Positions 8,418 through 18,146 of a stretch of 23,259 nt of DNA are shown here, in pieces. The number at the start of each line of letters is the position of its first letter. Within the stretch, counting starts at the first letter, position 1. Under the pieces are notes generated by a model. It saw nothing but the letters and a program-made list of their open reading frames with translations, searched no databases and was not told the DNA's origin. Both the position numbers and the translations under genes were made by a program. This stretch comes from an uncultured Fidelibacterota bacterium (GTDB lineage: Bacteria > Fidelibacterota > Marinisomatia > Marinisomatales > UBA1611). The stretch lies in assembly GCA_913040915.1 (NCBI GenBank), contig CAJWHW010000030.1, positions 1 to 23,259 on the forward strand, read 5' to 3'.

Positions 8418-9653
8418 CTAAGCATTATTTACTGCAGCGATTCTATCTTTTACAGGAGGATGACTGTAAGATAAAAATACAGTCAACCAGTGCGGAGTAA
8501 GATGAGACAAATTTGCTGCAGACAATCCTTTTAACATATTGATCAATGCCTCTTTATCTCCAGTTGTTTCCAATGAATAGGCATCTGCTTCATATTCATT
8601 CTTTCGGCTCAAGGCAGTAGTAAAAATCGACAAAACTATACTCACAGGCGCATAGAGCATTCCGAAAAAAACTAGACCTGCATAAACAGAAATCTCCTTC
8701 AAACCAAAAACAGCAAAAAGTGCCGTTTCATTCATGAATAGATTGAATACATACAACATAATTCCTGTTTCAATCATGCCAATAATGGTTCCCGTGATAA
8801 TGTGTTTCTTTTTGTAATGCCCCACTTCATGAGCAACGACAGATACTATCTCTTTAGTCGAATGTTTTTCTATTAAGGTATCAAACAAGGCGATCCTTCT
8901 GGATTTACCGAACCCGCTGAAATAGGCATTGGAGTGCGCTGAGCGCCGGCTTCCATCCATTACATCGATCCTGGCGATGGGGAATTTTACTTTTTCTGAA
9001 AATTGTTCTATAGCAGAACGTAGATCCCCTTCTTCCAAAGGCTCAAATTTATTGAACATGGGTGCAATAACATGAACAAATAAAGGTTGTAATGCCACCA
9101 TAAATGCAGAAATAAGTATCCAGGCAATCCACCAGCCATTTTCACCGTAAGCATTAAAGAAATAAAGGATAGGCCCCATAACCATACTGCCCAGTACTAC
9201 CATAAGTCCGTAACCTTTCAATTTATCAAGAATAAATGTTTTTGGTGAAGTTTTATTGAATCCGAATTTTTCTTCAATTACAAAGGTACCGTAAATAGAA
9301 AATGGAATATTAATGATATCATTAATAATAAAAATGATTCCGAAAAACAGAAGCCCAGATAATATGGGGTGCTGGGTCTGCTCCCTTATAAATTCATCCA
9401 GTATTCCAAATAACCCCGTATGAATTACTACCAGCATCAGAAATAAACTGAATGTACCAGTGAATATTCCAAATCTGGTTTTATCTTTTAAGTAAACTTG
9501 TGACTGTGAATACTTTTCTTTATCATAATAATCTTGAAATCCTTCAGGGACATTCTCAGTTATGCTGTTCATATTCAATAGAGAACTGCATGTCGATAAG
9601 AGATATTCTCCTACCAAGGCACCAATAATAATCCAGTAATAAATTTGTTCCAT
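8418..9653 (-). CDS. M48 family Zn metallopeptidase (Ste24/CAAX-protease-like)
   Basis: 411 aa. IEEKFGFNK, DGSRRSAHSNAYFSG, LFDTL, zinc motif HEVGH, SRKNEYEADAY, SHPP. Confidence 0.93.
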   Translation of the reverse strand: MEQIYYWIIIGALVGEYLLSTCSSLLNMNSITENVPEGFQDYYDKEKYSQSQVYLKDKTRFGIFTGTFSLFLMLVVIHTGLFGILDEFIREQTQHPILSGLLFFGIIFIINDIINIPFSIYGTFVIEEKFGFNKTSPKTFILDKLKGYGLMVVLGSMVMGPILYFFNAYGENGWWIAWILISAFMVALQPLFVHVIAPMFNKFEPLEEGDLRSAIEQFSEKVKFPIARIDVMDGSRRSAHSNAYFSGFGKSRRIALFDTLIEKHSTKEIVSVVAHEVGHYKKKHIITGTIIGMIETGIMLYVFNLFMNETALFAVFGLKEISVYAGLVFFGMLYAPVSIVLSIFTTALSRKNEYEADAYSLETTGDKEALINMLKGLSAANLSHLTPHWLTVFLSYSHPPVKDRIAAVNNA

Positions 9654-9665
9654 ATTAACAGAAAA

Positions 9666-10250
9666 TTATTTGAACTTGATTCCGCAGCCTAATGCTTTAC
9701 TTGTTTTCACTTTGATATCTTTCCCTGCTAGCAACGCATCAATAGCATCAGCAAGATATGTATTATCCACATCATCCTTATCCCTGGCATTATCATCAAT
9801 TGCGCCACGATAAATAAGTTTATCCCTTTTATCGAATAAGTATATGTGTGGTGTTTTAGTCGCCCCAAATGCATAAGCGAGTTTTGAGCCAGGATCCTGG
9901 GCATACGGAAAATTGTAATCATTTTCCCTAGCATGTTGAATCATTTCATCCATGCTGTCATCCCCATTAAACCTGCCTTCATTGGAATTAACCGCAATCA
10001 TGCCGATCCCCTTGGAAAGATAAGCATCTGCGATGGATACGTAACGGTCTTCCCAACGAATTACCCAGGGACAGGTGTTGCAAGAGAAAATAACCAGCGT
10101 TCCTTGGTCTCCCTTCACATCTGAAAGGGTTAAGGTTTTTCCACTGATATCTGCCAGTTGATGATTCATGAGGGGCATCGATGAGCCTAGATCCAACTCT
10201 TTTGAGAATAAACCCGAGGTGATAAATAATGCAGTTATGATATGTTTCAT
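9666..10250 (-). CDS. Exported thioredoxin-fold / peroxiredoxin-like (AhpC/TSA) protein
   Basis: 194 aa. Signal peptide, FSCNTCPWV (CxxC), GATKTPH, YRGAIDD, GCGIK. AGGAG RBS at 10256-10260. Confidence 0.88.
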   Translation of the reverse strand: MKHIITALFITSGLFSKELDLGSSMPLMNHQLADISGKTLTLSDVKGDQGTLVIFSCNTCPWVIRWEDRYVSIADAYLSKGIGMIAVNSNEGRFNGDDSMDEMIQHARENDYNFPYAQDPGSKLAYAFGATKTPHIYLFDKRDKLIYRGAIDDNARDKDDVDNTYLADAIDALLAGKDIKVKTSKALGCGIKFK

Positions 10251-10258
10251 AAATTCTC

Positions 10259-10744
10259 CTATTGATTAATTGCTAATAGAATGGCTTCTCTAAATTTTGT
10301 TTCTGGCTCTTTTCCCTCCCAGAAATCTACAATTTTTCCGGATTGTTTTCCGTATAAGATTGTATATGGAAGTAAGCCGGACCATTCTGGGTGAAGGCCG
10401 TTTATAAATGCTTCATCTTTTTCGTCTTTCATAAATGATATTCCATCCACACCCTGATCATTCAGGAAGGATTGGACAGCGTTACTCTGTTCGGTAAAAT
10501 CCGCACTAATAAATATTACATCTACTTCATCAAAACTTTTATCCAGTCCCACAATCATTGGAAATTCTTCTACACAGGGTATACACCAGGTAGCCCAGAC
10601 ATTAAGGAGGACGGCCTTTTGTCCTTTCAGACTTGAAACATGTTGCAGGATTCCTTTGGAGTCAGATACGGTTAGCTCCACTTTAGCGCATCCAGTTAAA
10701 ACGATCCAGAGTGATAAAAGAATATGTAAAAAAGTATTTCTCAT
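10259..10744 (-). CDS. TlpA-family thiol:disulfide oxidoreductase, lipoprotein
   Basis: 161 aa. Lipobox LTG-C, LLNVWATWCIPCVEEFP, WSGLLPYT (cis-Pro loop). ATGA overlap with the acylase stop. Confidence 0.9.
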   Translation of the reverse strand: MRNTFLHILLSLWIVLTGCAKVELTVSDSKGILQHVSSLKGQKAVLLNVWATWCIPCVEEFPMIVGLDKSFDEVDVIFISADFTEQSNAVQSFLNDQGVDGISFMKDEKDEAFINGLHPEWSGLLPYTILYGKQSGKIVDFWEGKEPETKFREAILLAINQ

Positions 10745-12786
10745 GGTCTAATCTGTTTCATTTGATGTTTTGAAAATAATTTTGCCTGATCATCGTAATG
10801 TGGGGATTTAGGATTATCAGTGGCACTACCGTATTGGTGTATAGACCAGGAATTCAACTCACCTTTTGGTCCCCATTCTACAGCCTGAAAATAACAGTCG
10901 CCAGCTATGGCAGTGTAGGTATTACCTTTCTCCTTAAAGTATATAGCCCGTAGAAGATCTGGCCCGCCGGAAAGAGGAAGATTTGTTTCACCTCTTACTA
11001 ATCTTACAACTTTTCCTAAGGGAACATCAATACGACCAAAATTTTTATTAAAATAAGCTACCGTCCTTTTAAGGTTTTCAATGGTAGAATTCAAATCATA
11101 TTTAAGATCTTTCATTTTAAAGGCTTTGGGTAAAATAATCATGGATAATGCTGCAGCCCGATTAGATGAATCCGCTTTTAAATCCCAGCTTTTTATTAAT
11201 TCTATAGCGGGTTTTAATTCAGAATACTCTTGGGTTTCCATATCAGAAATGAATCTCTCTCTTACTTCTGCAATTACAGAATTATCTGAGTAAGTTACAT
11301 CATATTTGTATTCGAAAAATTCTTTCCTGCTAATTGCTGAATCCGGTCCAAATATCTCTAACGCCCTTAAAGCACGATTCGTTTGATGTGTCTCAATACC
11401 CGACCAGTCCGGAAGCTTAGTAGGAAAATCACTTTCAGCCCCTGTTGCTAAATATGGATTGCTATTACAATTTTGGTAAAATCCACCTTTGGGGTTTAAT
11501 ATCTGTGGGAGAGAATCAAATATTACATATTCTGTCCAGATATTTTCTTTCGTATCTCCGTCTAGAATTTCATTCCAGTTGAATTTGTCGTTACGCTTCG
11601 GAATTTTCCCATTATATAGATAAAATATATTTCCATCTTTATCAGCATATCCTGTATTAAACATGGGCAATGCATGAATCTTCATGGCATTTATGAATTC
11701 GTCAAGGTTCGTGGCTTTGCCCATACGATACCATTCTTCAATAAAACGAAGCTCCTTGGCTGCTGAAATACGCAGTGCATAAGAACCATGGCCAAATTCC
11801 ATGACAGGACCATGGATCGACTCCTTTACTTCTCGTTTAAATGTCCAAGAAAAGATACCGAATATTTTGACCTTGATAAGAACCTTCCTAACTTTTAGAT
11901 CTTCCCATTTCCCTTCAAACCAGTACTGATTTATATTTTCAGGGTTGAGCTTCAATTGATATACATCTACCAAATCAGGATCATTCACTGTATGGCTCCA
12001 GCCTAATTCTTTATTATGTCCTACAAGTGGAACAGGGGAACCCGGAAATAAACCTGCATAAAAATCCCATCCTTCATCGCTAACTAAATGTGCTTCATAC
12101 CATGCCACAGGGCCATCCCAAGGTTGATGGCTATTAATCCAAATTCGGGTGTACCCGTCACTGGAACGTTTAGGACCAATAGCAATTACATTACTGGCAA
12201 CCATAGCAAAATTATTCATTTCATCCAGCCCATCCCCATTCTGCCATCCGATCTGATTATATTTTGGTTTCTGAGATAATTTTTGAATCACTCCATCCAA
12301 TCCGAACATGAGGGGCATTCGGTGTGAAAATCCTGCAATAATATCTTTACCATGTACAGGATATATATTTTTATGGCCCCTTTTTGGATTATGTTTCAAA
12401 AAAAGATTGATACCTGCAGCATATCCTCTACAAAGTGCTCTCACATCTTCAGATACTTTTGTTTCATAATGGTTGTCCACATTGCCCCAGATATCCATTA
12501 AGTGGACATAATAATCATTTACCGCAGCCTCTTTGCCATACATTGTTGCTAGTCTCCCTCTGGCAGCAAGTAATATATCCTGTATTGTGTTAAAATCATC
12601 CTGAGCATGAGCATATGCTAAGCCAAAGGAAACGTCTGCATCCCGTGAGCCATATATATGCGGAACGCCCCATTCATCTCTCTCAATTAGGGCAGAAAAT
12701 CCATCTGAATTGATTTGCAAATTATTGCTGTGTAAAAGCGATGAGAATAATAATATAAAAATGAAAAGGAATCTCATTTGCTTCAC
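10741..12786 (-). CDS. Penicillin acylase family (peptidase S45) Ntn-hydrolase; cephalosporin/acyl-homoserine-lactone acylase-like, exported
   Basis: 681 aa. Signal peptide; alpha-chain RDEWGVPHIYG and FGLAYAHAQD; predicted beta-chain start A|SNVIAIGP; NSHQPW, WYEAHL, WSHTVN.PD, NCNSNP, SPHYDDQA. The start is GTG in a GTGA overlap, with an alternative ATG at 12777. Confidence 0.92.
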   Translation of the reverse strand: MKQMRFLFIFILLFSSLLHSNNLQINSDGFSALIERDEWGVPHIYGSRDADVSFGLAYAHAQDDFNTIQDILLAARGRLATMYGKEAAVNDYYVHLMDIWGNVDNHYETKVSEDVRALCRGYAAGINLFLKHNPKRGHKNIYPVHGKDIIAGFSHRMPLMFGLDGVIQKLSQKPKYNQIGWQNGDGLDEMNNFAMVASNVIAIGPKRSSDGYTRIWINSHQPWDGPVAWYEAHLVSDEGWDFYAGLFPGSPVPLVGHNKELGWSHTVNDPDLVDVYQLKLNPENINQYWFEGKWEDLKVRKVLIKVKIFGIFSWTFKREVKESIHGPVMEFGHGSYALRISAAKELRFIEEWYRMGKATNLDEFINAMKIHALPMFNTGYADKDGNIFYLYNGKIPKRNDKFNWNEILDGDTKENIWTEYVIFDSLPQILNPKGGFYQNCNSNPYLATGAESDFPTKLPDWSGIETHQTNRALRALEIFGPDSAISRKEFFEYKYDVTYSDNSVIAEVRERFISDMETQEYSELKPAIELIKSWDLKADSSNRAAALSMIILPKAFKMKDLKYDLNSTIENLKRTVAYFNKNFGRIDVPLGKVVRLVRGETNLPLSGGPDLLRAIYFKEKGNTYTAIAGDCYFQAVEWGPKGELNSWSIHQYGSATDNPKSPHYDDQAKLFSKHQMKQIRP

Positions 12787-13826
12787 TTAGGAATATTCAA
12801 TTTTGGTTTAATTCGGGAGTCAAAAAAGGTATTTGAAACAGCCATGTTTGGATCTTTTCTGCGAAATTTTTGTTCTTCAATAGGCAATGCAGCAAAGGCC
12901 TGACATTCTTCAGAGCAACATCCAGAGAGATTTTCTGTACAGGATTCACACTGGATAAATAAAATATGGCAGGCATCATTGGCACAATCCTTGTGCACAT
13001 CACATGAAGACCCACAGATGTGACAATGTGCAAGTACATCATCTGTGACTCTTTCCCCTAGTCGCCCATCAAAAACAAAATTTTTCCCAATGAATTTTGA
13101 ATCTATCCCTTTTTCTTTTATATCATGGGCATATTGGATAATTCCGCCTCTTAGCTGGTTCACATCCTGAAACCCTTGCTGGATCAAATATGCACTTGCC
13201 TTTTCACAGCGAATACCACCAGTGCAATAGAGTAGAACCTTATCTTCTTCATGGCCTGTTAGTATTTTTTCAACTTCAGGTAATAATTCTTTCGATGTCT
13301 CTACATCTGGAATAATGGCATTTTCAAATCGTCCAATCTCACTTTCATAATAGTTTCGCATATCCACAATGAGTGTTTTGGGGTTCTCTAAGGCTGTATT
13401 GTATTCTTCTGCACTTAAATGGTTCCCAACTCTCTCCATAGAATAGGATTTTTCCGGGAGGCCATAAGAAACTAATTCTTGACGAACCTTTATGGTCAGT
13501 TTATAAAATGATTTTCCATCCTGAATTGCTTTTTTTAGCGGTACATGGGCTAAATTCTCATCCCGAGACAGGCTTGCTCTAAAATCATTCCAATGATTTT
13601 CCGGAACGCTAAGCTGTGCATTAATACCTTCCGTTGCTACATAGATTCTACCAAAGACCTTTATTTTATTCCACTCTCTGTATAGGTTATCCCGTAAGAT
13701 TTGAGGTTGATCACAATGGAAATATTTATAGAAGGAAACAGTGATTCGTTCAAAAGGCTCTGCAACCAGTTGCTTTTTCAGAATATCCTGACCTTTTTTA
13801 TTAAATAAAACTTCTTTTTTTTTCAT
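12783..13826 (-). CDS. trhO: tRNA uridine(34) hydroxylase TrhO (YceA/UPF0176 rhodanese-related)
   Basis: 347 aa. SFYKY, GRIYVA.EGINAQ, DMRNYYES.IGRF, YCTGGIRCEKAS, LRGGII.Y, GKNFVFD.R, and a Cys-rich C-terminal domain. Confidence 0.92.
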   Translation of the reverse strand: MKKKEVLFNKKGQDILKKQLVAEPFERITVSFYKYFHCDQPQILRDNLYREWNKIKVFGRIYVATEGINAQLSVPENHWNDFRASLSRDENLAHVPLKKAIQDGKSFYKLTIKVRQELVSYGLPEKSYSMERVGNHLSAEEYNTALENPKTLIVDMRNYYESEIGRFENAIIPDVETSKELLPEVEKILTGHEEDKVLLYCTGGIRCEKASAYLIQQGFQDVNQLRGGIIQYAHDIKEKGIDSKFIGKNFVFDGRLGERVTDDVLAHCHICGSSCDVHKDCANDACHILFIQCESCTENLSGCCSEECQAFAALPIEEQKFRRKDPNMAVSNTFFDSRIKPKLNIPK

Positions 13827-14719
13827 TTATCAACAATGTTTCGCAATAATCCATTTTCTTCATCTAACCTTACTCTTGCTTCCGAAAGTGTACAGCCTAA
13901 TTTTTCCATCACAATAGCCATTTTCACAGATTTTTCTGCTTCATACAATCTATTTTTTGCATTTTCATGGTCTAATCCAGTTAATTGTTTTATGATCCTG
14001 GTTCCCCGATCAATCAGCTTTTCATTCACAGTCATCAGGTCTACCATAAGATTGCTATATACCTTACCTAGTTTAATCATTGTGGCTGTGGAAATCATAT
14101 TTAGGACCATTTTTGTTGCCGTACCTGCTTTCATCCGCGTGGAACCAGTTACAATCTCCGGTCCTGTATCCGCTTGGATAACAATATCAACTTCTGCCAT
14201 TTTAAACGGTTTTGGGTTCGTTACCAAATAAGCAGTTTTTGCACCTTTAGTTCTGACGAAGTCTATGGCAGATACAACATAAGCTGCTGCTCCACTGCAG
14301 GAAATTCCGATCACTGTATCCTGTTTATTTATATTGTATGGTTCAAGATCTTGAATTGCTTGATCCGGTTTATCTTCGGCACCTTCTATAGAATTTCTCA
14401 ATGCATCTTCCCCTCCGGCAATAATACCAATAAAAAAATCTTTTGGTGCAGAATAGGTTGGCGGAATTTCTGAAGCATCCAATACACCTAATCTACCGCT
14501 GGTACCAGCACCTACGTAAAATACTCTGCCGCCTCTTTGAATGGACTCTGTTGTAAACCTTACTACTGCTTCAATATCAGGGATAGTCTTTTCCACTGCA
14601 TGTGCTATGGTTTGATCTTCCCGATTTATTGTTGTTAGAATATCAATAATTGACATGGAATCAATCTTTTGAGATTGGGGATTTTGCTTTTCAGTATTTA
14701 GATCACCGCGGGATATCAT
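13823..14719 (-). CDS. murQ: N-acetylmuramic acid 6-phosphate etherase
   Basis: 298 aa. TEKQNP, YVGAGTSGRLGVLDASEIPPTY, EGAED, TGPEIVTGSTRMKAGTATKMVLNMIST, NLMVD...NEKL..R. Confidence 0.96.
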   Translation of the reverse strand: MISRGDLNTEKQNPQSQKIDSMSIIDILTTINREDQTIAHAVEKTIPDIEAVVRFTTESIQRGGRVFYVGAGTSGRLGVLDASEIPPTYSAPKDFFIGIIAGGEDALRNSIEGAEDKPDQAIQDLEPYNINKQDTVIGISCSGAAAYVVSAIDFVRTKGAKTAYLVTNPKPFKMAEVDIVIQADTGPEIVTGSTRMKAGTATKMVLNMISTATMIKLGKVYSNLMVDLMTVNEKLIDRGTRIIKQLTGLDHENAKNRLYEAEKSVKMAIVMEKLGCTLSEARVRLDEENGLLRNIVDK

Positions 14720-14739
14720 AACCCGTAAATTACACCTTC

Positions 14740-15621
14740 ATGAAGATGTGGAAAAACATAACTCTTAAACTACCGGGACTAAATTTAAGCCAAGTTTCTG
14801 ATAAGATAAGCGAGCTGGATATTGTCGCAATTACAATCAAGGATAAATTGATTGAAAGTGAATCAACTTGGTTTGATGACATGGACAATCCTCCAGTATT
14901 GTCAGGAGATACACATGATCTCATTTTATTAATCAATGATGAAATCAATATAAATAAACTTATAACTCAAATAAGAGAGATGTTAAATCTTTATGATATG
15001 CCCAATTATATAGAGGAAATATTCGAAGATAAAGACTGGGTCGTATACACTCAGTCTCAATTCAAAGAAATTCATATCTCTAATAATTTAAGGATTGTAC
15101 CAAGCTGGGAAACTGGGTCACCATTTCACGGTACAACAGTAATAATAGAACCGGGTACTGGATTTGGAATTGGATCACATCCTACAACGCAATTATGTTT
15201 AAAATGGTTAGAACAAAATATCAAAAACGATGTTTCAGTTCTGGATTATGGGACTGGTTCTGGTATTTTAGCCATTACAGCAAAAAAACTAGGTGGTGGA
15301 AAAATCCAAGGTGTTGATATTGACCCAAAGGCAATGACTAATGCCTTGCAAAATAATCGATTGAATCAAACGGACGTTTTATTTTCACATACAGATAATT
15401 TCATATCTAATCAAAAATTTGATGTAGTCTTGGCCAATATTCTTTCTTCAGTTTTGATCAAGCTATCATTCACATTAAAGGAACATACAAAAAAGCATTT
15501 GGTTTTATCCGGTGTCCTGGAAAATCAGGTGGATGATGTTTTGAAAGGATACTCACCCTGGATACGTCTTTCAGTAACGAAAGAATTGGATGGGTGGGTA
15601 TTGCTGGAAGGATTACTTTAA
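14740..15621 (+). CDS. prmA: 50S ribosomal protein L11 methyltransferase
   Basis: Reads on the PLUS strand (atgaagatgtggaaa at 14740, TAA at 15619-15621); the ORF track's minus label is wrong. Motifs: DWV..TQSQF, IVPSW, PG.GFG.GSHPTT.LCL, VLDYGTGSGILAI, GVDID, ANIL, LSG. Confidence 0.93.
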   Translation: MKMWKNITLKLPGLNLSQVSDKISELDIVAITIKDKLIESESTWFDDMDNPPVLSGDTHDLILLINDEININKLITQIREMLNLYDMPNYIEEIFEDKDWVVYTQSQFKEIHISNNLRIVPSWETGSPFHGTTVIIEPGTGFGIGSHPTTQLCLKWLEQNIKNDVSVLDYGTGSGILAITAKKLGGGKIQGVDIDPKAMTNALQNNRLNQTDVLFSHTDNFISNQKFDVVLANILSSVLIKLSFTLKEHTKKHLVLSGVLENQVDDVLKGYSPWIRLSVTKELDGWVLLEGLL

Positions 15622-16977
15622 GGAAGAAAAATACCGGTCTGCTTCCACCATCACTTTAGGCGCTAATAAAATGGTCCCTACCATGGTTGGAATTACCATT
15701 AATGCAAACGAACTGTCTACAAAATTAATTGCAATATCAATAGAAGTAGTAGCTCCAACCATGATCATACCAATATAAAACCAATTATAAGTACTCTTCC
15801 ACTTTGTTCCAAAAATAAAAGAAACACATTTTCTACCATAATAGGAATAGCCAAACATGGTGGATAGAGAAAAAGTCAATACTGAAGTCATTAGGATGAT
15901 ATATCCAAATATACCTAATTCAGATTCAAATGCTTTCATAGTCAGCGTCACGCCATTGAAATTTTCTGTATAGACCCCACTTAATAAAATTACCAGAGCA
16001 GTAATGGAACAAACAATTAACGTATCGATAAAGGGGCCCAACATAGCAACAAGGCCTTCCCGAACTGGTTCAGTTGTTTTTGCAGCTCCATGGGCCATAG
16101 TTTCTGTTCCACTGCCAGCCTCATTAGAAAAAAGTCCTCGTCGTACTCCAATTATGATCATGGATCCCAACGAGCCACCCATCATGGCATTCCCAGTAAA
16201 TGCATCTGATAAAATCATAGAAAACACATAAGGTATTTGAGTAATATTCTGGAACAAGATGATAAAGGCTGCCAGTAAATAGAGCCCGACCATCCCGGGC
16301 ACTAGTTTCGATGCAATTCTAGCTATCCTCTGAATTCCGCCAAAAATAACTATTCCAACTAAGGTGCCAATCACAAATCCTGTTACTATATTTCCAGTTT
16401 CTATATCCGCTGCAAAAAAACCATTCGGTACATAGAAATAATCTCGGATAATTTGGGATAATTGATTTGCCTGAAAAAAAACTAGACATCCAAACATCCC
16501 TGAAATACTGAACATTATTGACAATGGACGAAACTTTACACCTAAACCTTCTTGTATAAAATACATAACTCCGCCCTGTATCTCTCCACTATCATCTTTT
16601 CCCCGGTACATCAATGCCAGCGTGCATGTGAAGAATTTTGTTGCCATTCCAATGATAGCAGTCAACCACATCCAGAAAATGGCTCCAGGACCTCCAGTGT
16701 GTATTGCTACGGCAACTCCAGCTATATTACCCATTCCTACTGTACTGGCAAGTGCACTGGATAATGCTTCAAAATGTGTGATCTGTCCTGGATCATCAGC
16801 ATTATCATACTTCCCCGCTAAAACATGTATTGCATGCTTCAGATATAGAAATGGTTTAAATTGACTTAAAATTATAAAGAATATGCCACCGCCCAAAAGA
16901 AGAATAACTAACGGCATGGCCCAAAGGGCCTCGGCAATGGCTGCCATGGCTGAATCAAAAAATTCGTAAAATTTCAT
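15613..16977 (-). CDS. alsT: Alanine/glycine:cation symporter (AGCS family)
   Basis: 454 aa. ALASTVGMGNIAGVAVAI..GGPGAIFWMW, GGIQRIA, GVRRGLFSNEAGSGT, GPFIDTLIVC, ST..GYSYYG. The symbol is family-level. Confidence 0.93.
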   Translation of the reverse strand: MKFYEFFDSAMAAIAEALWAMPLVILLLGGGIFFIILSQFKPFLYLKHAIHVLAGKYDNADDPGQITHFEALSSALASTVGMGNIAGVAVAIHTGGPGAIFWMWLTAIIGMATKFFTCTLALMYRGKDDSGEIQGGVMYFIQEGLGVKFRPLSIMFSISGMFGCLVFFQANQLSQIIRDYFYVPNGFFAADIETGNIVTGFVIGTLVGIVIFGGIQRIARIASKLVPGMVGLYLLAAFIILFQNITQIPYVFSMILSDAFTGNAMMGGSLGSMIIIGVRRGLFSNEAGSGTETMAHGAAKTTEPVREGLVAMLGPFIDTLIVCSITALVILLSGVYTENFNGVTLTMKAFESELGIFGYIILMTSVLTFSLSTMFGYSYYGRKCVSFIFGTKWKSTYNWFYIGMIMVGATTSIDIAINFVDSSFALMVIPTMVGTILLAPKVMVEADRYFSSLK

Positions 16978-17038
16978 CTGAACCTTTTTATTATTGCTTC
17001 ATTATTATCAAATTCTGTTTCTGTAAGTCTTAAAATTA

Positions 17039-18133
17039 ATGTTAAATAAACTCGACAAATACTTTATTCGTCAATTCTGGTCCATTCTTGGTATCTCTGT
17101 ACTAGGTTTTGTATCCATATTTGTTATTGTGGATTTGATTGAAAATCTAGACCGGTTTATGGATAATAAGGTAACTGGTAATATTGTTTTCCAATATTAT
17201 CTATACACCCTACCCTGGTTTGTGAGTATTGGGCTCCCCATGTCCATGTTAATCGCCACTGTATTCAGCTTAGGATCAATTGTAAAACGGAATGAATGGA
17301 CAGCTATGAAAGCATCCGGTATTAGTTTATATCGAGTTACACTGCCTCTGCTTTTTTCAGGAATTTTCATGAGTGCCGGTTCTTTCATTTTAGATAATAA
17401 ATTGGTTGCATATGGAAATGAAAAACGATTTGAAATTGACCGTGACTACATAAAACGAAAATCAAGGCATAAATTAAAAAATACATTAAAAAATATTTTT
17501 CTACAAAAGAATGTTACTACGCATATTTCCTTAGCAAAATACTATATTCAGCGTTCCAAAGGTATAGACCTAACATTGGTTGACTTAGGACAATCTAGGA
17601 TTCGAAAAAGAATTGATAGCAAAAAAATTGTTTGGAATAGTGATTCATCTAAATGGACCCTAACCGATTACTCCATTAGAGAATTCAATGAAAATGGTAT
17701 TGAAACCCAGGTTGCGATTGGGAGCGGTGATACTCTTTTCACCCTAGGGTTTGACCCTGAAGAGATCCAGCAACAGGCACGAAAGCCTGATGAATTGGAT
17801 TATTACAAATTAACGGACCGAATTGTGGAGCTGAAAAAAAATGGCGTAGATACTGTACGATGGGAAGTTACAAGGTACTTAAAGGTTTCCTTTGCATTTA
17901 CAAATTTGATTGTTGTTCTTTTTGGAATACCCCTAGTAGTTTTAAAAGAAAAAAGCAGTCTTTCTTTTGGAGCCGGATCCAGCGTATTTGTAATATTTGG
18001 TTATTATGCCCTAATTAAGTTTGGACAATCACTTGGCTTTAAAGGAGTTTTAGAGCCTTTGTTCTCAGCATGGCTTGGTAATATTATATTTCTGATTGGA
18101 GGAATTATTCTGCTATGGCGAGCAAAAACCTAA
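17039..18133 (+). CDS. lptG: LPS export ABC transporter permease, LptF/LptG family (LptG-like)
   Basis: 364 aa. LDKYFIRQF, VDLIENLDRF, NEWTAMKASGISL.R...P, a central periplasmic domain, and three C-terminal TMs ending AWLGNIIF. The F-versus-G assignment is tentative. Confidence 0.85.
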   Translation: MLNKLDKYFIRQFWSILGISVLGFVSIFVIVDLIENLDRFMDNKVTGNIVFQYYLYTLPWFVSIGLPMSMLIATVFSLGSIVKRNEWTAMKASGISLYRVTLPLLFSGIFMSAGSFILDNKLVAYGNEKRFEIDRDYIKRKSRHKLKNTLKNIFLQKNVTTHISLAKYYIQRSKGIDLTLVDLGQSRIRKRIDSKKIVWNSDSSKWTLTDYSIREFNENGIETQVAIGSGDTLFTLGFDPEEIQQQARKPDELDYYKLTDRIVELKKNGVDTVRWEVTRYLKVSFAFTNLIVVLFGIPLVVLKEKSSLSFGAGSSVFVIFGYYALIKFGQSLGFKGVLEPLFSAWLGNIIFLIGGIILLWRAKT

Positions 18134-18146
18134 TTAATATTTCATT

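Noticed and set aside
14740..15621. Minus-strand label for the 293-aa ORF in the supplied track
   Set aside because: The protein reads directly from the plus strand (atg aag atg tgg aaa aac at 14740), so it is annotated as plus.
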